A DNA stretch of 64,000 bases from Eledone cirrhosa (GCA_964016885.1 OZ024743.1:205034001-205098000); one strand, 5' to 3'; numbered from the stretch's first letter, positions 41,415-55,228 are shown. Program-made: numbers and translations. Notes: generated by a model from the sequence alone, not told the origin.

Positions 41415-41972
41415 ATATATTATATATATATTATATATATATATATTATATATATATTATATATATATATATTATATATATATATATTATATATATTTAT
41501 ATTATATATATATTATATATATATATATATTATATATATATATATATTATATATATATATATATTATATATATATATATTATATATATATATATTATATA
41601 TATATATATATTATATATATATATATTATATATATATATATATTATATATATATATATTATATATATATATATTATATATATATTATATATATATATATA
41701 TTATATATATATATATATTATATATATATATATTATATATATATATATATTATATATATATATATTATATATATATATATATTATATATATATATTTTAT
41801 ATATATATATATATATTATATATTATATATATATATATATTATATATATATATATTATATATATATATATATTATATATATATATATTATATATATATAT
41901 ATTATATATATATATATATTATATATATATATATTATATATATATATATTATATATATATATTATATATATT

Positions 41973-42004
<32 letters not shown>

Positions 42005-42020
42005 ATATATTATATATATT

Positions 42021-42051
<31 letters not shown>

Positions 42052-42270
42052 ATACATTATATATATTTATATATATTATATATTTATATATATTATATAT
42101 ATATATATATTATATATATATATATATTATATATATTTATATATATTATATATATTTATATATATTATATATATATATATATTATATATATATATATATT
42201 ATATATATTTATATATATTATATATATATATATATTATATATATATATATATATATAATAATATATATAA
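41167..42270. repeat. Interrupted (TA)n microsatellite
   Basis: Direct reading. Confidence 0.97.
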
Positions 42271-42413
42271 TGCCAAAAAAGCACCCAGCTCTCACTGTAA
42301 ATGAGGTTGGTGTTAGGAAGGGCATCCAGCTGTAGAAATCAGTTCCCGTCCCACCCTTGCAAGCAGGGAAAAGCGGATGTAAAATGATGATGATGATGAT
42401 GATGATGAATGAT
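42271..42413 (+). mobile_element. 5'-truncated SINE with RTE-derived tail and (ATG)n
   Basis: Matches the 3' half of 44025-44359; ends cccgtcccacccttgcaagcagggaaaagcggatgtaaa(atg)n. Confidence 0.88.
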
Positions 42414-42527
42414 ATATATATATATAATATATATTATATATATTGTATATATATTATATATATTGTATATATATTATATATATTGTATATATATGTATAT
42501 ATATTGTATATATATATATATATAATA

Positions 42528-42570
<43 letters not shown>

Positions 42571-42581
42571 ATATATAATAT

Positions 42582-42932
42582 ATCATCATCATTTCATTCA
42601 TCATTTCATTTTACGTCCACTTTTCCCTGCTTGCAAGGGTGGGACGGGAACTGATGCTGGCTTGATTTCTACAGCTGGATGCCCTTCCTAACACCAACCT
42701 CATTTACAGTGAGTGCTGGGTGATTTTTTTTTTTTCTACCGTGGCACCTCTACGCCCACTTTGCAGTGGAATGATATGGACCCCAGTCCCTATCATCTCA
42801 TTTCTACAGCTGAGTAAACTGGAGCATCATGAAATAAAGTGTCTTGCTCAAGGAAACAACACATCACCCGGTCTGAGAATTGAACTCACAACCTTTCGAT
42901 TGCAAGGCCAATGCTCTAACCACTAAGCCATG
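42582..42932 (-). mobile_element. Near full-length tRNA-derived CORE-type SINE with RTE tail
   Basis: Reverse complement of 44025-44359, including A box, B box and (CAT)n tail. Confidence 0.9.
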
Positions 42933-42960
42933 TATATGTATAATATATATATTATATATA

Positions 42961-43924
42961 GCGGTGCTCAGGTGCCCACATTGCACAGATGGTTCTATAG
43001 AAATAGTGGACACCTTCCGTTACCTGGGTGACAAAATCAGCAGTGGTGGAGGGTGCTCTGAAAGTACAGTAGCCAGAGCTTATACCACTATTGGCCGCTA
43101 AAGGGTTCTCTCTAAAAATGAAAGGCAGGCTGTATGATGTCTGCATACGAACAGCAATGTTACATGGCAGTGAGACCTGGCATTGTGTGCAGAGGATATA
43201 CGCAGACTGGAGAGGAACGAAGCTTGCATGCTCTGCTGGATGTGTAATAGTAATATACGTGAACGGCAAAGCATAAATGAACTAAGGGATAAATTAGGAA
43301 TAAGAGGGATTAGATGTTGTTTACTCGAGAGAAGACTATGTTGGTACGGTCACGTGATGCACATGAAAGACGACAGCTGTATAAAAAAGTGCAGGGCGAT
43401 AAAAATAGATGGTAGCCACGGAGTAGGCAGACCCAGAAAAACCTGGGACGACTTGATAAATTCCGACCTCACACACTTACACCTCTCCAAGACAATGTCA
43501 CTGGACCGAGATCTTTGGCGTTACATAGTAATACAGAAGACACGCCTTGCCTAAGTACAAAGCGAAACCTACAGTCAGTAGGCACCACTAACAAAAATAC
43601 ACCCCCGTCCCACTACCACCACCCCTTTCAATGTAAAGTTATGTTGGTACCACAACATCCAGGCCGAATCAAATGAGGTCGTGTAGGTGTCACGACAAAA
43701 AAAACACACAGTCCACGCTTTAATGTGGCCGTGTAAGTAACACGGTAAAAAACCTCCAGTCCACACTAAACGTGGTTGGTGTTAGGAAGGGCATACAGCC
43801 GTAGAAAACCCGCCAGACAGTGCTATACGAGCAAGTCAACCAATCTTGCCTCAAGTGGGAAAATTCTCGTCCAAACCCATGCAAGCGTGGAAGATGGACG
43901 GTAAACGATGATGATGATGATGAT
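42961..43924 (+). mobile_element. RTE LINE family 2, 3' fragment with deletions, ~370-bp 3' UTR and (GAT)n tail
   Basis: Translates to IEIVDTFRYLG, MLHGSETW, RRLCWYGHVMHM, GRPRKTW; near-identical to 63600-64000. Confidence 0.9.
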
Positions 43925-43939
43925 ATAATACATATATTA

Positions 43940-43979
<40 letters not shown>

Positions 43980-44024
43980 TATATTATATATATTATATAT
44001 ATAATGTATATATTATATATATAT

Positions 44025-44359
44025 GGAGGCACATGGCTTAGTGGTTAGAGCATTGGCCTTGCAATCGAAAGGTTGTGAGTTCAATTCTCAGACAGGGTGA
44101 TGTGTTGTTTCCTTGAGCAAGACACTTTATTTCACATTGCTCCAGTTTACTCAGCTGTAGAAATGAGATGATAGGGACTGGGGTCCATATTATTCCACTG
44201 CAAAGTGGGCGTGGAGGTGCCACGGCAAAAAAGCACCCAGCACTCACTGTAAATGAGGTTGGTGTTAGGAAGGGCATCCAGCTGTAGAAATCAAGCAGAA
44301 TCAGTTCCCGTCCCACCCTTGCAAGCAGGGAAAAGCGGACGTAAAATGATGATGATGAT
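44025..44359 (+). mobile_element. Full-length tRNA-derived SINE: tRNA head + CORE-like box + RTE 5'UTR-like segment + RTE 3' tail
   Basis: A box tggcttagtgg, B box gttcaattc, CORE-like ccttgagcaagacactt, segment aaaagcacccag...ggtgttaggaagggcatcca shared with 59589-59641, tail identical to 62735-62795. Confidence 0.92.
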
Positions 44360-45637
44360 ATAATATATATATTATATATATATATAATATATATATATAT
44401 AATATATATATATAATATATATATTATATATATATATATTTTATATATATTATATATATAATTTTATATATATTATATATATATATAATGTATATATTAT
44501 ATATATTATATATATATATAATGTATATATTATATATAATGTATATATTATATATATTATATATATATATAATGTATATATTATATATATTATATATATA
44601 TATAATGTATATATTATATATATTATATATATATATATAATATATATATTTTATATATATTATATATATATATAATATATATATTTTATATATATTATAT
44701 ATATATATAATATATATATTTTATATATATTATATATATATATAATATATATATTATATATATATATAATATATATATTTTATATATATTATATATATAT
44801 ATAATATATATATTATATAAATATATAATATATATATTTTATATATATTATATATATATATAATATATATATTATATAAATATATAATATATATATTTTA
44901 TATATATTATATATATATTTTATATATAATATATATATATATAATATATATATTATATATATATATAATATATATATTATATATATATATAATATATATA
45001 TTATATATATATATAATATATATATTATATATATATATAATATATATATTATATATATATATATATTATATATATATATAATATATATATTATATATATA
45101 TATAATATATATATTATATATATATATAATATATATATTATATATATATATAATATATATATTATATATATATATAATATATATATTATATATATATATA
45201 ATATATATATTATATATATATATATAATATATATATTATATATATATATATAATATATATATAATATATATATATAATATATATATAATATATATATTAT
45301 ATATATATATAATATATATATTATATATATATATAATATATATATTATATATATATATAATATATATATTATATATATATATAATATATATATTATATAT
45401 ATATATATAATATATATATTATATTTATATATAATATATATATTATATTTATATATAATATATATATTATATATATTATATATATATATAATATATATAT
45501 TATATATATAATATATATATTATATATATATATAATATATATATTATATATATATATATTATATATATTATATATATATATAATATATATATTATATATA
45601 TATATAATATATATATTATATATATATATAATATATA

Positions 45638-45714
<77 letters not shown>
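44360..45714. repeat. Interrupted (TA)n microsatellite
   Basis: Direct reading. Confidence 0.97.
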
Positions 45715-45719
<5 letters not shown>

Positions 45720-45830
45720 TTGAAAAAAATGAAAACGAAATTTCATTTCTCACTCTTAGTATGGCACTTACTTAAATGTAAGTATGTATGTATACGTACA
45801 TACATATATGTATACAGACGTACAGTAGCA

Positions 45831-45898
<68 letters not shown>

Positions 45899-46253
45899 TA
45901 CATACAGGTACACATACATATATGCACGCATCAGTTTAGCGGACGCTTATTATAACGCCGCTTTGTTCGTTTGTAAACAAACTGAACAGCCTGAATTTAT
46001 GCCATACGGTGTTAAGGCAACCACGTCACCTTTTGTTCAACACTGATACAGGAACGATGTACTAGTTTCAAGCTTGTTAGCTATCATCAGCACCGTATTT
46101 TCATCTGCCAGATAGTTGAACGTTCGAAAGTATATACTTTCCTTATGAAAATTAATGGCTGAGCAGCCTAATTTGCATATTGAGTGAGTTAAATCAGTCA
46201 GGCATACCGAAAACGATAAGTTGAAAAAAATGAAAACGAAATTTCATTTCTCA
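45715..46253 (-). mobile_element. Putative retrozyme B: 501-bp non-coding unit with 38-bp terminal direct repeat and one HHR
   Basis: ataagttgaaaaaaatgaaaacgaaatttcatttctca at 45715-45752 and 46216-46253; HHR at 46054-46096; (TA)n on both sides. Confidence 0.78.
46054..46096 (-). ncRNA. Minimal type I hammerhead ribozyme
   Basis: Minus strand: ACGGUG-CUGAUGA-U-AGCU-AACA-AGCU-U-GAAA-CUAG-UA^CAUCGU; 6-bp stem I (one GU), 4-bp stem II, palindromic ACUAGU, GUA triplet. Confidence 0.88.
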
Positions 46254-46325
46254 TATATATATATATATATATATTTTATATATATTATATATATATATAT
46301 ATAATATATATATTATATATATATA

Positions 46326-46357
<32 letters not shown>

Positions 46358-46517
46358 TTTATATATATTATATATATATATAATCTATATATTATATATA
46401 TTATATATATATATAATATATATATTATATATATTATATATATATATTTCATATATATTATATATATATATAATATATATATTCTATATATTATATATAT
46501 ATATAATATATATATTC

Positions 46518-46549
<32 letters not shown>

Positions 46550-46569
46550 TTTATATATATATATATATA

Positions 46570-46607
<38 letters not shown>

Positions 46608-46786
46608 ATATATATATATTTTATATATATATATATATTTTATATTTATATATATATTATAATATATATATATTTTATATATATTATATATATATATATA
46701 TTTTATATTCATATATATTTTATATATATTATATATATTAAATAATATATATATATTTTATATATATTATATATATATATATTTTA

Positions 46787-46833
<47 letters not shown>

Positions 46834-47452
46834 TATATATATTTTATATATATTATATATATTATATATATTTTATATATATTATATATATATATAATAT
46901 ATATATATAATATATATATTATATATATTATATATATATATTTTATATATATATATATTTTATATATATATATATATATATTTTATATATATATATATAT
47001 ATTTTATATATATATATATATATATTTTATATATATATATATATATTTTATATATATATATAATATATATATTTTATATATATATATATATAATATATAT
47101 ATTTTATATATGTATATATATATATATATTTTATATATATATATATATAATATATATATTTTATATATATATAATATATATATTATATATATTATATACA
47201 TGTATAATATATATATTTCATATATATATATATATATATATAATATATATATATTTTATATACATATATATATTATATATATATAATATATATATTTTAT
47301 ATATATATAATATATATATTATATATATTATATACATGTATAATATATATATTTCATATATATATATATATATATAATATATATATATTTTATATACATA
47401 TATATATTATATATATTATATACATATATATATATATATATATACCTATATA

Positions 47453-47492
<40 letters not shown>

Positions 47493-47780
47493 CATATTAT
47501 ATATATTATATACATATATATATTATATACATATTATATATTATATACATATTATATATTATATACATATTATATATATATATATTATATACATTATATA
47601 CATATATATATTATATACATATTATATATATATATTATATACATATATATATTATATACATATTATATATATATATATTATATATATATATATATTATAT
47701 ATATACATATTATATATATATTATATATATTATACATAATATATATATATATTATACATATATATATATATATATATATT
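46254..47780. repeat. Interrupted (TA)n microsatellite
   Basis: Direct reading. Confidence 0.97.
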
Positions 47781-47798
47781 TATTTATTTATTAAAATA

Positions 47799-47874
47799 AC
47801 AGATTAAAGTTTAAGCAAAGAATCGCTGCTTTCACCCTTAACGGGATCTTCTGAAACTAACAAAGTCAATCTGT
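47799..47874 (-). ncRNA. Type I hammerhead-like motif with variant core (CAGAAGA)
   Basis: Minus strand: ACAGAUUGA-cuuuguu-AGUUU-CAGAAGA-U-CCC-GUUAA-GGG-U-GAAA-GCA-gcgauucuu-UGC-UU^AAACU-UUAAUCUGU; all three stems pair, core has U4->A. Confidence 0.7.
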
Positions 47875-47947
47875 AAACGCAGAACTGGATATTTCAAAAA
47901 ACGTTGCAACCGGAGGAAGACAGGAAGACGATACTTTGGTTCATGGT

Positions 47948-48209
47948 GACGTTCGATGGCAAAGAACGGGAAAAACGAATAATACGTCATTAATAGGAGC
48001 GGTGAAAAACAATTACGTGCAAGGACAGAACCACGTTTATGGTATAAAAGAGGTCGTAGACTAATGTTCTCTAAGTGGTGCATAGAGACGTTCTCTGGCA
48101 ATGAACGGAAAAAACGAAGATAATAAGTCATATGTGGAGCGTGGAGAACAATAGCGTGCAAAGACAAAACCACGTAAATGGTATAGCAGAAGTCGTAGAC
48201 TAAAATTCT
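47948..48209. repeat. Diverged 139-bp tandem duplication in PLE-B 3' region
   Basis: gacgttc..tggcaa.gaacgg.aaaaacgaa...cgtgcaa.gaca.aaccacgt..atggtata...ga.gtcgtagactaa begins at 47948 and 48087. Confidence 0.85.
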
Positions 48210-48784
48210 AACTAGGAGACCAAATGAATCTCCGCTACAGAGTTAAGAACAAAGTAAATAAATACAATACAGAAGTAATAGGAACAAATAAATACATACA
48301 CGCAAACAGATACGTACATACACAAGCATACGCAAAACCTTACCATAGGTATACAAAACCACGCACATATAAATATGTGTATGTGTGTATGCTTGTGTAC
48401 AAATAAATAAATAATTATATAAACGTATATAAGTAAATAAATACGTAAATAACAAGCGCACACACATACCTACAAATAAATACATGAAGGTTCGGAGACG
48501 TAAGTCAACTAAAACAAGAAGTACACATATACACACACCCACCATACGTACGAACCTGCATACTCATGCAGACGCAAAACTCCCATATACACATAACCAA
48601 GCCCTAAATACCAGAATATGTAAAAATTATATGCCAAAACAGTCAAATATACGTACGAGAAGGTATACATACCTTCACAAAACATACGGGTAATATATAC
48701 TTACCTATGCAAATAAGTAAAGGAATAAACAAAACATATACTTAGCTCCCACATCAAGACGTAAATATCCACGTATAGATCGTG

Positions 48785-49375
48785 CTATCCGTTAGGGTAT
48801 AACGTAGGGCTGTAATACAGGAAAGTTTTGTGCAATTTATGTTTACAAGCCGAAATTGCCTCAGATTTTTTGTTTAAGATGCGGTCTGTGGCGTAGAGTA
48901 TTTCCAGGGCCTCAGCGGCGCATAGGTCACATGGTCTTTTATTTCCGTTATACGATCTAGCCCTAGCTAGGATCTCCCAGTGTAACTTATATTGGGTGTG
49001 GTTGTCTTTTAGACTCCAGATATAAGCTGAAAGTGACGTCATATTCCTTCTTAGAGGGTAACGAAAAGAATGGGTATGCATGTAAAGACGCTGCTTGAAA
49101 CTATTGGCGGTTAACCCTATGTAGGCCCTACGGGACGTGGGTGTTACAACCTTACATTTGTAGACAATGTTACTAGAGAGGCATTTCCCGGATAGGGGAC
49201 AATCAGCCCGATTCCTACAATTACAGTTAGTACTAACTACAGGGTTGCACGTGTTCCTACGGCTAGGTAGTTTAGCTAAATTTGAAGCTGTGATGTTATG
49301 TGCAAGGTTAGGAGTCGTTGAGTAAGAAATTTTAATAGTGTTTATATTAAAAATTTTACTATATTTATCTGTAGG
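48785..49375 (-). pseudogene. PLE-B C-terminal linker + GIY-YIG endonuclease (5'-truncated, frame open)
   Basis: Extending the ORF-track frame upstream gives KIFNINTIKISYSTTPN...CNCRNRADCPLSGKCLSSNIVYKC...AYIGLTANSFKQRLYMHTHSF...CDLCAAE...LNKKSEAISACKH. Confidence 0.9.
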
Positions 49376-49462
49376 GGTTGCTCTTCAGTTCTTATATATT
49401 TGATATATATTTTCCTTATCGAGCCCTCTCTGGATTTTAGTCTTCAATTTTATTATTATTAC

Positions 49463-49493
<31 letters not shown>

Positions 49494-49574
49494 CATATTA
49501 TATATATATATTATATACATATTATATATATATATTATACATATTATATATATATTATACATATTATATATATA

Positions 49575-49612
<38 letters not shown>

Positions 49613-49747
49613 CATATTATATATATAATATATATATTATATATAATATATATATATTATATATAATATATATATATAATATATATATATAATATAAAAT
49701 ATTAAACAAATAATGAACAAACAATTCCTTATATTAAACAAAAAAAG

Positions 49748-49902
49748 TTCACTATTTAACGATCGTTTCTAGGGTATATATGTGTTATAATTGGTATGCA
49801 TATTTAACAGATCTATGTACAAAATTATACAAAATTATACAAATTATCAAGATTAAATATACATACCTAACTCATATATACGCCGTCTTCAGAAATAATG
49901 AA
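49748..49902 (-). ncRNA. Long-stem-II hammerhead ribozyme, PLE-A copy 2
   Basis: UUCAUUAUUU-CUGAAGA...GAAA-CGAUCG-UU^AAAUAGUGAA; core unchanged, stem I change U-A to U-G keeps pairing. Confidence 0.8.
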
Positions 49903-50675
49903 GTATATTTATTGATAATAACAACAATTCAAAATATCAGTTCAAAATTGACCAATGAAAACACAAAGGGTTAAAAAGCAGTTTGGTGTGTGTATATACA
50001 TGTAAAACCCCACACACATTTTACAATAATGTGTGTATAATTTGTATGTGCATACTAAAAAGATGGATGCAAATAAAAAATTTCAAGGTTAATATCTCTG
50101 TAAGCTTAATGCGCTGATAAGATACGCAATGATACTTATGGAGTCAAGCATATAATATATTTTTTTCATACTCACACATATCAGTATAATCACACATACA
50201 TGTGCGTATATATATAAATATACACATAACCACGAACACACAAACACACACACTCCCCCACTCACATTTATATATGTGGATATAAAATCATAAGCAAATA
50301 GAAATTAAGTCACTCACATAAACACACTGGTACACACATTTCAAGATCAAGATACAGAAATTAGGTGGGAGGGGGGGGAGGGGTCAGTATTTGATTGTCA
50401 GACCAGACAGCCTAATATAAATGTATCTATAAATTATGAAAAATAAAAAATAAAAAAATAAAAACAATAAAATATAATACATATAATATAATGTACATAC
50501 GCATACAGATATACATACACATACATACATGTACGCGCACATAGAGATATCTACACATACATACATACACACATACCTATACTTTCATACACACGCATAC
50601 ATTTACACGAACATACACATACACATATAAAAAGATATAAATACGGACACACACACGCGCAACACATACACACAT

Positions 50676-50726
<51 letters not shown>

Positions 50727-50835
50727 TATACACACACACATAGACTCATATATATATACATACACATACATACACTTATACACAAACATATATATCCCAC
50801 ACTCATACCACCATAAAAACACATACAAACATCCA

Positions 50836-50873
<38 letters not shown>

Positions 50874-51091
50874 TATATCAACATACACACACGTACACAT
50901 ATATGTATATATACATACACATATACACACATACACATATATATATACACACACACATAAAATACAGACATGCACATATATATATATATATATATATATT
51001 TCATTACTCTTATATATACACATAGTATATATACATACACAACCTCACTTATACACATATACACATAAGTTATATTACAATAATAATAAAG

Positions 51092-51130
<39 letters not shown>

Positions 51131-51273
51131 TATACACACATATACACATATACATACATACACATACATATACATACATACATACACATACATACATACA
51201 CCTAAATATAAACATATATAAATACACACATACGAATAAAGACATATATTCACACATAGACACCTATATACAC

Positions 51274-51307
<34 letters not shown>

Positions 51308-53154
51308 CCATATACACACACATACACATACATACACATATACATATACATACACATATACACACACGCACACACATACAGACACACATACACACTCACA
51401 TATATATATATATATATATATATATGTGTATGTGAGTGTGCGCAAATACATATATATATATACACACACACATACAAACACACACAAACACATACATATG
51501 CATACGTGCACACACACACACATATATCACATAGATACGAAGATAAACATATAAATAGAGAGACATACAAATATATACAGAACCCATATACACATACATA
51601 CAAACACGCATATACATATATATACATATATACACACATATATATTCCTATATACAAGCATACACATACACACACATATATACATATACATACACAAATA
51701 CATACCACGCATTCACATACACGTACATATATAATACATATATATACATATATATACATACATATGTATGTACAATCATATATACACACTCAATCTTACA
51801 TTCATATTTACATGCTCATATATGTATTTTTATATTTAGAAATAAATACCAAAGAAACTATATAGACACCCATCTACACATATATTCATACATATACACT
51901 TACAAAAACAGATGATAATAGTATGGGGGAAAGGGGGGGTTTGGAGAAGGGGATCAAAGTAAATATAAGTTTCAAGAAACATATAATATTTTCCATATCT
52001 TAATTCAATGTATGTTCCCACATATTTACAGTGCTAGGAAATACGAAATCTATGCATCACAAAATAAAAAAGTATACCATTAATCATATGTCAACTAAAC
52101 CAAAGATAGTCAACATATTGATTTCCAAGGTGTAAATTAGTTAGGTTTATAATATTTGAAGCAGAATTATGAAGTCAAACAGTAGTAGATTATTAATTAC
52201 ATTATAACTAAATTAAAGTTAATAACATTATGGTATCAATATTAGGAGATGAATTTAGTAATAGGGAAAAGAAACCCAAATAAAAATAAAATAAAGTATT
52301 ACATCGGTAGTAGCATATAAATTATATGTTAACTAAGTTAAAAATTATATATTTTTTTCAATAGTATATGTTAATTAGTATATGTTAATTAGGTATACAA
52401 TACATAAAGCAGATATTGTATTTCATCAATAGCATAATATAATTATATGCAAATAAAAATCAAAATTAATACGCATACATATACATATACATACACATAC
52501 ACATACATATACATATACATACACATATATATATATATATATATACATATATATACACATACATACATATATAGTCACATAAATATACATACAGATACAC
52601 ATACAACACACACATATACATATACATATAGATATACATATCTTTTTCAAAAAATTTGCACAGAATATATTAACTAGGTATATATCCAAAAACACCTCCC
52701 ATTCTATGATTACATGACATTCTGCAATTTGTCTGTACAAGGATACTAATTTTAAGCAAATTAAAATTAAAATTAAAGTTTTAGGTTGATTAAAGCTAAA
52801 ACCAAATAATAAATATATTTCCAAAATGTATATTAATTAGGTCAATAATACTAAAAATTCTATCTCCGTCATAGGATACATGATATTATTTTGTTATATT
52901 TTATCTGTAAAAGAATTATAATAAAAAAAATTATAATAAAAGGTTAAACTAAATTAAAAAATTATAATAAAAGGTTAAAATAAGTTAAAATTAATCTATA
53001 AATTAAATTACTGAATATATATTATTAGTAATATTTAAAGGTTTTTCAAAATTAATGATTACATAATATTTTCTCATCTGTAATAAAATATTAATTAAAT
53101 TAAATTTATAGGTTAACTAACATTTAAATTAAATTAAATTCTAGAATAATGTTA

Positions 53155-54492
53155 TTAATTAGGTTTATAATATTTAAATGTTTTTTTTAGTTTATGATTA
53201 CACGATATAATTAATTCCTGTCTTTTATTTAATAAGATATCCCTAGACTTCATTATTTCAAATAGTTCTTGGGAACATAATCTACATTCCTTTCTATTAT
53301 TTTGATAAGGGGTGGCTCTTTTGAGCACACCCCAGGTCAAATCATATTTTATATTTTTATTTTTATAACTATTGATTTTTTCTGCTAGAGATGTTGTATT
53401 AGCCAGTGCGGCATTTTTAAAGCTATGTTTGTGGGTATTATACCTTGTCTTAAAATTGTTAGAGGTAGCTCCTATATATGAGCAAATAGAATCTTTAGTT
53501 TTAACATTACATTTATAGACTATGTTGTTAACAAGACAATTCCCTTTTAATGGGCAGTTTGTTTTGTTTCTACAGTTCATCCTTTCGTTAATTCTGTATT
53601 TGAGGAGATATTATTGTTAATTTGATGTACTGGTGGTATACTTATAGTTTTCTTACATTTATATGCATTATATGCACTTATATTTTGTTTTATGTTATTT
53701 GTTGTAGAATATGAGAATTTAACTGTAGACCTATTTAAGATTTGATGGTATTTGTGGTTTGGCGGGAAGTTTTTCTCAAGGATATAAAAAAATTTTTTAG
53801 CAATATTATCCTTAACTTGTAAATTAAAAGGAGCATTATACCAAGTAACTCGTCTATTACGGTTTCTATGTTGTTTATTATTTTTATTATTTTTATATGT
53901 TGTATCATGATTTTTACTAGGAGGAATAATGTTAATGATCTCACCACAACTATTTTTAGTTATATTTGTAGATTTAGATGTTTTATCTTTTTTATTAGGA
54001 GTTTTATTATTAATATTTATTATAGTCTTATGATGAGTAGTTTTTTGAGGGTTACTATACTTTATATTAGAAGATTTAGTATTTTGGGGTATACTGTGGG
54101 TGGCATTTAGGTGTGTACTTTTCATTTGGTGTTTGTTGGTAATATTATGCTGTATGCTTTCAGTATTTTTAGTAGAAGGTATATACTCTAATCTATTTTT
54201 GTGGCCACTTCTATCTAGAGCTTCATTATAAAAGGTCGCATTTTTATCAAATACATCTTGGTTAGAAGAAAGGTTAGAAATTCTAAGTGATATATTATAT
54301 GCAAGGTTTTTAAGGATAGATTTAGGGTGATTAGATTGTGAGTGTATGTAATGTAAGTTTTGGTTAGGTTTATGGTAAAGTTGGTATATACCCGTAGCTA
54401 AATCTAAAGTTATATCTAGGAAATTTACTACTTTACTTGTTTTTTCAAAAGTAATATTAAGATTATAATAGTCTTTAAGGAAAGTTCTAATA
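53155..54492 (-). pseudogene. PLE-A copy 2 RT C-terminus + GIY-YIG, 1-nt frameshift at ~53578
   Basis: Same protein as 38849-40165; GGT TGT AAC TGT became GGA TG- AAC TGT. Confidence 0.9.
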
Positions 54493-54728
54493 CCAATTAT
54501 AACACATATATACCCTAGAAACGATCGTTAAATAGTGAACTTTTTTTGTTTAATATAAGGAATTGTTTGTTCATTATTTGTTTAATATTTTATCTTGACT
54601 CTGTATACCGTTTATCTTTCACCGAAATTGGATTTTCATTACATCTCTTCTTTCCATGATATCCGGAATACATTGAGTTCTTCATACGGATTGGACACTA
54701 CCGTAAACTCTTGGTAGATTTATCTACA
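54490..54728 (+). mobile_element. Inverted copy of the PLE-A 3' terminus joined to the truncated 5' end
   Basis: Reverse complement of 34474-~34712, carrying copy-2 variants (ccctagaaac, aaatagtgaa); 'ata' microhomology at junction. Confidence 0.92.
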
Positions 54729-54981
54729 TATATATAATATATATATTATATATATAATATATATATTATATATAATATATATATTATATATATAATATAT
54801 ATATATATTATATATAATATATATATTATATATATAATATATATATATTATATATAATATATATATTATATATATAATATATATTATATATATATATATA
54901 ATATATATATAATATATATTATATTATATATATATTATATATATTATATATATATTATATATATTATATATATATTATATA

Positions 54982-55170
54982 GGGCGGTGGATTGGCAGTA
55001 TCGGTAGAGGGTCGGACGCCATGCTTTGACGCATAGAGTTACGACCCTTGCCATTCTGAGTTCAAATGCCGCCGAGGTAAACTTTGCCTTTCATCCTTAC
55101 GGGGTCGATAAAATAAAGTACCAGTAATGTACTGGGTAATTGTGGCCTTGTGCCAAAAGTAGAAACAATT
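54982..55170 (+). mobile_element. tRNA-derived SINE with Meta-like central domain
   Basis: A-box-like tggcagtatcgg, B box gttcaaatgcc, central gcctttcatccttacggggtcgataaaataaagtaccag. Confidence 0.8.
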
Positions 55171-55228
55171 ATATATATATTATATATATTATATATATAT
55201 ATTTTATATATATATATTTTATATATAT

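Larger units (their letters stand above)
47790..49377 (-). mobile_element. Penelope-like retroelement family B, 3' fragment (endonuclease + ~1-kb 3' region)
   Basis: GIY-YIG frame at 48785-49375, HHR-like motif at the terminus, flanked by (TA)n; 3' region unrelated to family A. Confidence 0.85.
49694..54492 (-). mobile_element. PLE family A, copy 2 (5'-truncated within RT)
   Basis: Collinear with 34609-40165. Confidence 0.92.

Noticed and set aside
46171-46178. Octamer ATTTGCAT as a promoter element in retrozyme B
   Set aside because: Single 8-mer in AT-rich DNA with no supporting PSE/TATA arrangement.
519-52824. Dozens of ORFs rich in YI/IY, CV/HT or FILFY, including the 397-aa ORF at 41065
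   Set aside because: Translations of (TA)n, (CA)n and (AAAAT)n, which lack stops; no protein features.
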